A stretch of 64,000 nucleotides of DNA from Laetmonice hystrix (taxonomy: Eukaryota), in NCBI GenBank assembly GCA_965235115.1, contig OZ249437.1:18786001-18850000 (forward strand). The letters run 5' to 3'. The stretch's first letter is position 1. Every line of letters begins with the position of its first letter. The notes beneath the pieces were generated by a model. That model did no database searches and was not told the DNA's origin. It saw nothing but the letters and a program-made list of their open reading frames with translations. Shown here piece by piece: positions 1-11,014 of this stretch. The position numbers were made by a program, and so were the translations under genes.

Positions 1-541
1 AAGGGTCTGGTGTGTTTTTGGAGAAGGAGGAGGAGGAAGATCTCCCTCCGTGAGGCAGGGGAGAGTCAAAGGAGAAGGGTCCGGTGTGTTTTTGGAGGAG
101 GAGGAGGAGGAGGACAATCTCCCTCCGTGAGGCAGCGGGGGTGGAGGAGAAGGGGTTTTTTTGGGGTGTGTTTTTGTCTGGTGTGTTTTTGAAGGAGGAG
201 GAGGAGGAGGAGGAGGAGGAGGAGGACCTCCCTCCGTGAGGCAGCGATGGCGGGGGGTGGAGGAGAAGGTTTTTTTTGGTGTGTTTTTGTCTGGTGTGTT
301 TTTGAAGGAGGAGGAGGAGGACCTCCCTCCGTGAGGCAGCGATGGCGGGGGGTGGAGGAGAAGGGTTTTCTTTGGTGTGTGTTTGTCTGGTGTGTTTTTG
401 AAGGAGGAGGAGGATCTCCCTCCGTCAGGCAGCGATGGCGGGGGGTGGAGGAGAAGGTTTTTTTTTGGTGTGTTTTATCTGGTGTGTTTTTGAAGGAGGA
501 GGAAGAGGAGGAGGAGGACCTCCCTCCGTGAGGCAGCGATG
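1..541. repeat. Purine-rich tandem repeat, about 6 units of about 80-110 bp with variable (GAG)n
   Basis: ctccctccgtgaggcag recurs about 6 times. Confidence 0.9.
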
Positions 542-2407
542 ACCGGGAGAGTCGGGGTGTGTACAAACATTTGCCTAGTGTCCGTGGTCTGAGTGGTGAA
601 TACATCACTGTCCTGACGTCCTCCGCTATGAACGACTACAGTCGGAGCCGATGATGAATGGACGGGGGCGGACAGCGCGGCCCTAGCCGTCCCCACCCAC
701 CCGGCCGGCCCCTCCAGTCCCTACCCCTGCCCGCCCGCCCGCTGGGGGTGGGTGGGTGGGGGAGGGTGAGCGACCGGCTGCCAAGTCAAGTATCGATCCC
801 CTATTGATGACGCAAGCAGTCCTGTAGCCGAGCTGGCAGTGACGAAGCTGATTTACTCCATCGTCGGATGCTGCATCAGAAGAGAGGCAGGGCCAGCAGG
901 TCCAGTCTGAATATTAGAACATATAAAGGCTGAATAAATCCGGTCCATGAGGAGAGGAGACCTACATGGGACATTATTTATGTGCTAAATTAGCTGTACA
1001 GATCCATAGCTTATATTAGGTTTGTATTTCTATATTGAATGTGCGTGTGAACAATAAACTCGGCATATTGATTCTGCTAGGGAATATATTTTTCCTTTCC
1101 AAACTTTTATTTACGATGAGGCAACATTTTGATGACGTCCACCGCCGCCCATAGCGTCAGGACGCCCACAAGTCGGGACCGCTAAACTTGGCTGTGAAAG
1201 CTTTGCTTTATTCCCACCGCCGTCGGGACGTAACATGGAATACAAATTGTGACAGTTTATGGTGGTATGACATGCAGGTTTTTAGTGGCTTTATAAAAGT
1301 TTGACATGAAATATCGGTGAAAAGGACATAGCCACCGATAACAGAAACACGGTGGGCCGTGAACACTATGGAGTTGAGAACAGAATGGTATCTAAAGGAT
1401 TACATCTCATCTTGAGCAGTAGTAACCTGTGGTTGTACAGACAGAGTGTACTTTATTAGATTTCGACTGGAGATTTAAAAAAAATCAACAAAACCTCAAG
1501 CATGTAAAGAGCGTTGCACATGAATAAGCTTTTGTCAAGTTTCTGTAAAAGGTATTTACACACTTGAATCAGTTTCCATGTAAGCGAGTTTATTCTGTAA
1601 TATTAACATTATGTTATAAGATTACAATTTTATACAGTGAAACTAGAACGAAGACCTATCCCTAAAAAAACTAAAAATATTTCATCATGTGGTCTGTGAG
1701 TACTAGTGCATGGTGCGTTGTTGTATAGATCTAGATGTCAATGAAGATACCTGTGTGAGAAATGTGTGCGAGTAGCGCTCCATGTTACATGGGTGGGAGG
1801 GGGGCAGGGGGTAGACAGGGATCGATTAGAGCCTTGCATCGAATGGATCCTGCCAGCGTATGGACAGGGAACCGATCGACCTGTTGGCCGCCGGTCCCTG
1901 TGCTCATATACCCACTCATCCCCCACTCATCCCCCACCCCCACCCCCACCCCCCACCCCCATCCCCACCCGTCAGTGCAGACGGTGACCGTACCGCACCC
2001 AGACTGTCAGGTCAGTGCCATGGATGATGGTGTCAATGTGACACTCGAGTGAAGACAGTGGACATCCCGGGATGTATTATTACGACGGTATTATTGGTCA
2101 CCACAGATCTAGATCTACAAAAACTTGAAACAGTTAGGAACAGTGTACTGGAGTGTGACTGGTAGTATCATGGTGTACGTGGTCGAGTTGGGATGTAAGC
2201 TGAGAGAGCATCACGCCAACATACGTTTTAACCTCATTAAGGTCCCTAGCTCGGGAGAAGAAATAAGAGAAAATCTGGTTGCTATATGAGGAATAAATGA
2301 GTCCCGACCCAGCTAAACTATTATAGCAAAGGTTATAATTTCGGTAATCAATGTCAATATACCATGTAATTATTTTCACCATCAAAGTTTGTGTGTTGAC
2401 TTTGCAG

Positions 2408-2526
2408 GACACAGCTGGTCAGGAAAGGTACCGAACAATAACTACAGCCTACTACAGAGGTGCTATGGGCTTCATACTCATGTATGACGTCACAAATGAA
2501 GAGTCCTTCAACGCTGTACAAGACTG
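2408..2526 (+). CDS. RAB3: Rab3 small GTPase, internal coding exon ([40 protein letters not shown])
   Basis: G3/switch II motif DTAGQE and the Rab3-type [19 protein letters not shown]. Acceptor tttgcag| and donor TG|gtatgt; 119 nt, phase 0 to 2. Confidence 0.97.
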
Positions 2527-3719
2527 GTATGTATTGAGATGGCAAGCTTCATTAGTGCCTCACTCATTATTTCTTTTAGTAGGACCCACATAAAAATCAT
2601 TTATTCCCAGAAGGAGCATGTTTCAGTACTGTTTGCTGTATTCGTACTGATGATAGCAGTTAAGTGAGCTGTGCATCAGATCGTGTCGGCTACCCAAGCG
2701 TAAAGTCGTGCTTTACATTTTTAACAGGCACCGTGGTGGAATGCTAATATAATTATCTCCTTTGAATATTATTGATTTCTGGAGGTAGGAAATGCGCCAT
2801 ACATATTCAAAGGCGAGGCGTCCTCCCCGCTTTTTGAAATGTGGAAAATATAGAACCTTTAGCACGGAATTGCCCCGTACTATATTCTTTGAAGGGCTGG
2901 CGAACAACAAGATTAAGGATTCCGAGACTAGCGACATGCAGAGACCTTTAGTAGTTGGCTGTGTGTCAAACGTCTGAATTTTGCACCCAGATGAACTTTG
3001 ACATTCGAACATAATCCCAGAAGTTTCAGGATGGCCTCGTACGCCAGTCAGACATCGTGTGGCCTGGGAATTTAATCTCTTGGACAAACAAAGACGACCT
3101 GCCTTTTTTTTTTGGGGGGGGGGGGGAGGAAGAGGGGAGGCATTCATGAAAAACTCGTGTGGCCTTATGTCTATACACCCATAACCCCAAGTCAGCCGCC
3201 ATTTAAATCTTCTCATGATTTTAAAGTTTTAAGTAGTGAAGATCTCTGTTAGGACCTTTGCCACAATATGAAGAGCATTTTTTCGCAAGGTCGTAAATAA
3301 CAAAACAGAAGGCCCCCAGTAACAACGCCCATGCCCCATGGGGTCGTGGACAAGGGGAGTCATGTCTGCTGCAGGTCGTTATAAATATTGTATGTACTCA
3401 ACAACGTGTTTGCTGTTCACGCTAATAATATTTAATGATATTCAAGGGACATTGTTAAAGTCCCTTCAGATCCGACCTTATGGTCGCGCTGGATCTCTTG
3501 AGAATGTCATACTCTTTAACTCTGAATGCAAGTGGAAACAGACCAGCTCGTCTTTATGTAAATTATAAAAACTCTCTTTTAATTTTAATTTTGAAATGCA
3601 TATATTTCTTCAACTAAAAAAAAAGGTAGGCCAATATTTCACTGACTTCCTCCCGCGTCATCCCCTGTTGCTCTCCTTGGTCCTACCTGATTGTCAGAAT
3701 TAGGTCAATATACAGTCAG

Positions 3720-4311
3720 CAGTGCGGTCTGCTGCAGGTCTGTTACTTCTGTTATTTCTGTAAGAAGTGCGGTCTGCTGCAGGTCTGTTACTTCTGTTAT
3801 TTCTGTAAGAAGTGCGGCCTGCTGCAGGTCTGTTACTTCTGTTATTTCTGTAAGAAGTGCGGCCTGCTGCAGGTCTGTTACTTCTGTTATTTCTGTAAGA
3901 AGTGCGGTCTGCTGCAGGTCTGTTACTTCTGTTATTTCTGTAAGAAGTGCGGTCTGCTGCAGGTCTGTTACTTCTGTTATTTCTGTAAGAAGTGCGGTCT
4001 GCTGCAGGTCTGTTACTTCTGTTATTTCTGTAAGAAGTGCGGTCTGCTGCAGGTCTGTTACTTCTGTTATTTCTGTAAGAAGTGCGGTCTGCTGCAGGTC
4101 TGTTACTTCTGTTATATTATGTAAGAAGTGCGGTCTGCTGCAGGTCTGTTACTTCTGTTATTTCTGTAAGAAGTGCGGTCTGCTGCAGGTCTGTTACTTC
4201 TGTTATATTATGTAAGAAGTGCGGTCTGCTGCAGGTCTGTTACTTCTGTTATTTCTGTAAGAAGTGCGGTCTGCTGCAGGTCTGTTACTTCTGTTATTTC
4301 TGTAAGAAGTA
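3720..4311. repeat. 45-bp minisatellite, about 13 copies
   Basis: gaagtgcggtctgctgcaggtctgttacttctgttatttctgtaa. Confidence 0.95.
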
Positions 4312-4705
4312 GGTGAGCATGTTTGTTTCTGTGGGGAGCAGACCAATTTCTGATCCCAGTGGGAGATTGGGTGTGGGAGTTGTATCTGCGGTGTATAGGC
4401 GGCCAGGTTACGGCCCAGGAGTTCCAACACTTGGCCCGTCAGAGTATAAGAAGGCGACCTCGCCCCCCCCCCCCCCTGGACTAATATTGCCTTCGATTCC
4501 ACATGAAATACGGCCTTTAATGCGCTGTTCAGTTTTTGTAAAGAGGTTGAAAATCTTACCCAAATATGGTAATGTTGTAATGTCAAACCGTAAGTGGCCA
4601 AGGAGATTGTGGGATGATTAATGAGTTACGGATGCTGATTAAAATGTGATGTCTGAAACTTGGGAGGTCGAATTCATTATGTGACTGGTGTCCTGACACA
4701 GAGCA

Positions 4706-5205
4706 GTTACATGAAAGGCTGGGTGGTTGCAATACTTGATAACGGTTGTATGAAAGGTCGAATGGTTGCAATACTTGACATTGGTTGTATGAAAGGCTGA
4801 GTGGTTGCAATACTTGACATTGGTTGTATGAAATGTTGAGTGGTTGCAATACTTGACATTGGTTGTATGAAAGGCCGAGTGGTTGCAATACTTGACATTG
4901 GTTGTATGAAAGGTTGAGTGGTTGCAATATTTGACATTGGTTGTATGAAAGGCCGAGTGGTTGCAATATTTGACATTGGTTGTATGAAAGGCTGAGTGGT
5001 TGCAATAATTGACATTGGTTGTATGAAAGGCTGAGTGGTTGCAATACTTGACATTGGTTGTATGAAAGGCTGGGTGGTTGCAATACTTGACATTGGTTGT
5101 ATGAAAGGCCGAGTGGTTGCAATACTTGACACCGGTTGTATGAATGGCCGGTTGGTTGCAATAATTGACATCGGTTGCATAAATGGGCGAGTGGCTGTAA
5201 TATTT
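4706..5205. repeat. 39-bp minisatellite, about 12 copies
   Basis: gagtggttgcaatacttgacattggttgtatgaaaggct variants. Confidence 0.95.
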
Positions 5206-5834
5206 GCCACTTAACACGGGAAAGTTTGATCCCAGCGCACAAAACTTAAATATTGCTTTTATAATGGAAGGAGTAATTTGCTTGATATGAATTTGTCTGT
5301 AGACTAATTTTGTACCTGACGACATCATTAGAAGCAGTTATTTGATGTTAGACGGTACCACTTACCTGGCTGATGAGACTGGCCCCTCAACTGTTAATAC
5401 ACTGACAGCAGTGGTTAGGTTGGACCAAAGAGAGGAACGCTGTATGCACTGATCCGGGAAAAGGAAATCGGCTTGTCACATTTTTGTAGTATTTATTCGA
5501 TAGTCCATGTCCCCTTTCGGAAAGCGATTAAAACATGATTGGAGTGTTAATGAAGAATTTATGCTCAATTTCCTCAAATCCAGATTGATCTCAAATGAGG
5601 ATTTTTTTTACTGATGTCTCTTTGAATGCTGCAGCACAAAGGCATGCACTTTTTAAACAATGTAATGAGGAAAATTTAAAGGTACAATTAAATACTAAAT
5701 ATACAGTAGATCAAATTGTCAACGGAAATCTGATTCAACCTACAATTTCCAACTATTATTCTCACATTACTCTGAATCAGAACCAGTGGAACTGTTTTCT
5801 CAAGTCTTGTAAGGTTATTGGCCCTGAAATCTTG

Positions 5835-6300
5835 ATGGGCCTGTCCATGAAAACAAGCTGGGTCTTGGTCAATGAGTGAATATCAAAGTCAGTAGAAATG
5901 TTGATAGGCCTGTCCATGAAAACAAGCTGGGTATTGGTCAATGAGTGAATATCAAAGTCAGTAGAAATGTTGATGGGCCTGTCCATGAAAACAAGCTGGG
6001 TCTTGGTCAATGAGTGAATATCAAAGTCAGTAGAAATGTTGATAGGCCTGTCCATGAAAACAAGCTGGGTATAATGGTCAATGAGTGAATATCAAAGTCA
6101 GTAGAAATGTTGATGGGCCCGTCCATGAAAACAAGGGTATTGGTCAATGAGTGAATATCAAAGTCAGTAGAAATGTTGATGGGCCTGTCCATGAAAACAA
6201 GGGTATTGGTCAATGAGTGAATATCAAAGTCAGTAGAAATGTTGATGGGCCTGTCCATGAAAACAAGCTGGGTATTGGTCAATGAGTGAATATCAAAGTC
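5835..6300. repeat. About 69-bp minisatellite, about 7 copies
   Basis: gggcctgtccatgaaaacaag...aaagtcagtagaaatgttgat. Confidence 0.95.
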
Positions 6301-6418
6301 TTGTGTGGTGTTCGAGGCAGTGAAGAGGTGTATTAGCCTGGTATGCTAACCTGCTTATTGTGTTCCATTGTTTGGTAAATAATATGTTATTTTGTTGTGT
6401 TTCCTTTCGTTTCTATAG

Positions 6419-6543
6419 GTGTACACAAATCAAGACATATTCCTGGGACAATGCCCAGGTGGTGTTAGTCGGTAACAAATGTGACCTAGAAGATGAGCGA
6501 GTGGTATCAACAGAGCGAGGCAAACAGCTTGCTGATCAACTCG
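6419..6543 (+). CDS. RAB3: Rab3 internal coding exon ([41 protein letters not shown])
   Basis: GNKCD (G4) motif and the Rab3-specific [12 protein letters not shown]. Acceptor ttctatag| and donor G|gtaagt; 125 nt, phase-compatible with both neighbouring exons. Confidence 0.97.
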
Positions 6544-7270
6544 GTAAGTCAATTATTTATTTCTTAAATTGACTTCATTCATAAACAAAGCGTTCGATAG
6601 AATTCAGTATACATAACATGTATTTGTTGAATGTGAAACTCTAGCATTTTTTGGGGAGTTCTGTATGTTCTTTCTCCCTGAATTATTTCTTGCAGTTTCA
6701 AGCCATGTCTAGTAGCTTCTAGTTTTTGACTAGAAAGAACTCGGCTAAGACTTTTTACCTAACAGTGTTGGATGAGTGCAGATAATATGTCGATTTTACT
6801 GTTTACATTAGACTATGGCAAAGCGTAATGCGTAGAGATATGAATAGTAGCCAGTCTATAGCTTGACGTCATGTGTACCATCTGGTAGCCCGTATGTAGA
6901 ATAGCTTGACACCATGTGGACCATTATGAATGGTACCCAGTACGTATGTTTAGCGTAGTCCAGGGCCTGATCATAATAAATTCAGATAATAGACGTATGA
7001 ATTGACTGCAGACTCTGCTCACAACGCATACATGTTTAACACACTGACCTACAACTTGCCTTTTTTGGCCTGAAGTCGGGTTATCAACCTACACAGCGTC
7101 CTTGGCAGTCCTCGCAGAGATGCGCCATGACCAAGTTGTCTGTGTTTGTGATATAAGAAAGTTGCCAGTCTGGCAGAGATGTACCTGAGGTGAATTTATT
7201 TATGTTCTCTGGCTACAGTCAACAAGCCATCTGTCAGTCAGCCCCTACATCTTTATCAGTAATAGCTTTA

Positions 7271-7432
7271 CAGGGGCAGATCCAGGATTTTGGTAAGGGG
7301 GGGGGGAGAATTTGCTTTCGAAGAGTTCAGCATGGTCAATTCAGAAAGTTCTATGGAGAAAAAAGAAAAATCGGTTTCCAACGGGGGAGGGATTAACCCC
7401 CCTAAACGACCAGCCCCCCGGATCCGCCACTG
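7271..7432. mobile_element. MITE-like element with CAGGGGC(A/G)GATCC terminal inverted repeats
   Basis: Left end caggggcagatccagg, right end cggatccgccactg, internal poly-G. TSD not clearly preserved. Confidence 0.7.
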
Positions 7433-7779
7433 CTTATTGACAGTTACGCAGCATCATTGAACTCTTTCTCCCATGACCTGAGGAAGAGTTTGATGTCTTG
7501 CGTATACAGGGAAACCAAGATGGCGACATAGGTGCACAGCCAGTATGGTGCTGAGGGTGGATTCAAGAATCCAGATAAACAGATAATATTTTGAGAGTTG
7601 GAACTGGTTATTTGAGAACGCAATAAGAGTACCAAATGTAAAGAATTTGTTTCCAATGTCTGCAGACATTGTGTACAAACCTATACAACCTGCTGGTAAT
7701 ATCGTTCACGTCCATAAAATCCAGCCAAGTGTGTTCATTAGTTTGTTGTGTGAAGTGGTCAGTCGGGGAGTAAGTGCCC

Positions 7780-8058
7780 AGACAAACACAATAATCCTGC
7801 GTCAGACACGGAGACACGGCGCCAGACAAACACAATAATCCCGTGTCAGACACGGAAACACGGCGCCCTCGTCAAGGACCAGGTCGATACGATTGGAGCT
7901 GTGATTGATTGTTGGTTTGAGGAGGCGACTGCCCAGACCTGGGCGCAGGTGTGGGCCCAGACCGTGCCCAGACCTGGGCGCAGGTGTGGGCCCAGACCGT
8001 GCCCAGACCTGGGCGCAGGTGTGAGCCCAGACCGTGCCCAGACCGTGCCCAGACCTGG
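7780..8058. repeat. About 40-bp duplication followed by a 35-bp repeat, about 3.5 copies
   Basis: ccagacaaacacaataatcc x2; cccagacctgggcgcaggtgtgggcccagaccgtg x3. Confidence 0.85.
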
Positions 8059-8276
8059 CGTGTCCACGTGGGAAAACAGACACACACCAGTTGGTACCTA
8101 CCCCTAACCGCGGTCCTTAGACCTCCCCAAAAATCTGACGGTGTGCTGAGCCCCCAACCTAAGCCCAAACCTACCTGTAACTTTGAGGGAATGATACTGT
8201 GAGAATAAATTAATAATCAGTGTGTGCATGGGCGCTGGGATCTCGCTGCCACATGTAGCACTTATAAATCCAGCTA

Positions 8277-9512
8277 TTTGTCCTCAATAATCGTGGGTCG
8301 GTAATAGATAGGGGACCATAGAGTAATAGGGGACCATAGAGTAATAGGGGACCATAGAGTAATAGGGGACCATAGTGATAGATAGGGGACCATAAAGTAA
8401 TAGATAGGGGACCATAGAGTGATAGATAGGGGACCATAGAGTAATAGATAGGGGACCATAGAGTGATAGATAGGGGACCATAGAGTGATAGATAGGGGGC
8501 CATAGAGTGGTAGATAGGGGACCATAGAGTGGTAGATATGGGACCATAGAGTGATAGATAGGGGGCCATAGAGTGGTAGATAGGGGACCATAGAGTGGTA
8601 GATATGGGACCATAGAGTGATAGATATGGGACCATAGAGTGATAGCTAGGGGACCATAGAGTGATAGCTAGGGGACCATAGAGTAATAGATAGGGGACCA
8701 TAGAGTAATAGGGGACCATAGAGTAATAGGGGACCATAGAGTAATAGGGGACCATAGTGATAGATAGGGGACCATAGAGTAATAGGGGACCATAGTGATA
8801 GATAGGGGACCATAAAGTAATAGATAGGGGACCATTTGTCCTCAATAATCGTGGGTCGGTAATAGATAGGGGACCATAGAGTAATAGGGGACCATAGTGA
8901 TAGATAGGGGACCATAAAGTAATAGATAATGGACCATAGAGTGATAGATAGGGACCATAGAGTAATAGATAGGGGACCATAGAGTGATAGCTAGGGGACC
9001 ATAGAGTAATAGATAGGGGGCCATAGAGTGGTAGATAGGGGACCATAGAGTGGTAGATATGGGACCATAGAGTGATAGATAGGGGGCCATAGAGTGGTAG
9101 ATAGGGGACCATAGAGTGGTAGATAGGGGACCATAGAGTGATAGATAGGGAACCATAGAGTGATAGCTAGGGGACCATAGAGTGATAGCTAGGGGACCAT
9201 AGAGTAATAGCTAGGGGACCATAGAGTAATAGATAGGGGACCATAGAGTAATAGCTAGGGGACCATAGAGTGATAGCTAGGGGACCATAGAGTGATAGAT
9301 AGGGGGCCATAGAGTGGTAGATAGGGGACCATAGAGTGGTAGATATGGGACCATAGAGTGATAGATAGGGGACCATAGAGTGATAGATAGGGGACCATAG
9401 AGTGATGGATAGAGGACCATAGAGTAATAGATGGGGGACCATAGAGTGGTAGATAGGGGACCATAGAGTGGTAGATAGGGGACCATAGAGTAATAGATAG
9501 GGGACCATAGAG
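8277..9512. repeat. 18/22-bp minisatellite (ggggaccatagagtgatagata) with an internal higher-order duplication
   Basis: More than 50 units. The unique tag atttgtcctcaataatcgtgggtcgg occurs at about 8277 and about 8834. Confidence 0.95.
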
Positions 9513-9639
9513 TAGTAGGACTGGTATGGTGATGGGAAGGGGTGATCTCTAACTGGAGTTGATTGCGGTCGGCAAACTGCAGGTACCATACAGTATTGTA
9601 ATGGCTGGTCGTTGGATTAGGGGTAGTTAGGATTACGAG

Positions 9640-11014
9640 GTACGGTGTTAGGAGACCCTGGCGTGAGATACGGTGTTGGGAGAGCCTGCCGTGAGATACG
9701 GTGTTGGGAGAGCCTGCCATGAGATACGGTGTTAGGAGACCCTGCAGTGGGGAGAGTAGTGGGGAGACTGAGAGCCTGCGGTGTTAAGAGAGCCTGCAGT
9801 GAGATGCGGTGTTGGGAGACCCTGCAGTGAGATGCGGTGTTGGGAGAGCCTGCAGCGAGATACGGTGTTGGGAGAGCCTGCCATCAGATACGGTGTTAGA
9901 AGAGCCTGCAGTGAGATGCGGTGTTGGGAGACCCTGCAGTGAGATGCGGTGTTGGGGGACCCTGCCGTGAGATGTGGTGTTGGCAGACCCTGCAGTGAGA
10001 TGCGGTGTTGGGAGACCCTGCAATGAGATGCGGTGTTGGGAGACCCTGACGTGAGATGCGGTGTTGGGAGGCCCTGCAGTGAGATGCGGTGTTGGGAGAG
10101 CCTGCCGTGAGATACGGTGTTGGGAGACCCTGCAGTGAGATGCGGTGTTGGGAGAGCCTGCCGTGAGATACGGTGTTGGGAGACCCTGCAATGAGATGCG
10201 GTGTTGGGAGACCCTGACGTGAGATGCGGTGTTGGGAGACCCTGCGCTGAGATGCGGTTTTGGGAGACCTTGCAGTGAGATGCGGTGTTGGGAGACCCTG
10301 ACGTGAGATACGGTGTTGGGAGAGCCTGCCGTGAGATGCGGTATGGGGAGAGCCTGCAGTGGGGAGAGCAGTGGGGAGAGCCTGCGGTGTTAGAAGAGCC
10401 TGCAGTGAGATGCGGTGTTGGGAAACCCTGCAGTGAGATGCGGTGTTGGGAGACCCTGCAGTGAGATACGGTGTTGGGAGAGCCTGCCGTGAGATGCGGT
10501 GTTGGGAGACCCTGCAGTGAGATGCGGTGTTGGGAGAGCCTGCCGTGAGATGCGGTGTTGGGAGAGCCTGCCGTGAGATGCGGTGTTGGGAGAGCCTGCA
10601 GTGAGATGCGGTGTTGGGAGAGCCTGCAGTGAGATGCGGTGTTGGGAGACCCTGACGTGAGATATGGTGTTGGGAGAGCCTGCCGTGAGATACGGTGTTG
10701 GGAGAGCCGGCCGTGAGATGCGGTGTTGGGAGAGCCTGCCGTGAGATACGGTGTTGGGAGAGCCTGCCGTGAGATGCGGTGTTGGGAGAGCCTGCCGTTA
10801 GATGCGGTGTTGGGAGAGCCTGCCTCGAGATATGGTGTTGGGAGAGCCTGCCGTGAGATGCGGTGTTAGGAGAGCCTGCCTCGAGATATGGTGTTGGGAG
10901 AGCCTGCCGTGAGATGCGGTGTTGGGAGAGCCTGCCGTTAGATGCGGTGTTGGGAGAGCCTGCCGTGAGATATGGTGTTGGGAGAGCCTGCCGTGAGATG
11001 CGGTGTTGGGAGAG
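9640..11014. repeat. 28-bp G-rich minisatellite, about 48 copies
   Basis: gtgagatgcggtgttgggagagcctgcc. Confidence 0.95.

Noticed and set aside
2042-2115. Cluster of short perfect palindromes (CACTCGAGTG, ACATCCCGGGATGT, AGATCTAGATCT)
   Set aside because: Short, unrelated to one another, and not part of a larger structure.
4430-4620. Minus-strand frame containing DITTLPYLGKIF, reminiscent of the RT-to-GIY-YIG linker of Penelope-like elements
   Set aside because: Only a 6-residue resemblance, with a stop immediately upstream and no RT or endonuclease motifs nearby.
5359-5372. CACTTACCTGGC resembling the U1 snRNA 5' end, followed by CTGATGAG (hammerhead core-like)
   Set aside because: The rest of U1 is absent (it is simply a reverse-strand donor-like motif), and no stem II/GAAA completes a hammerhead.
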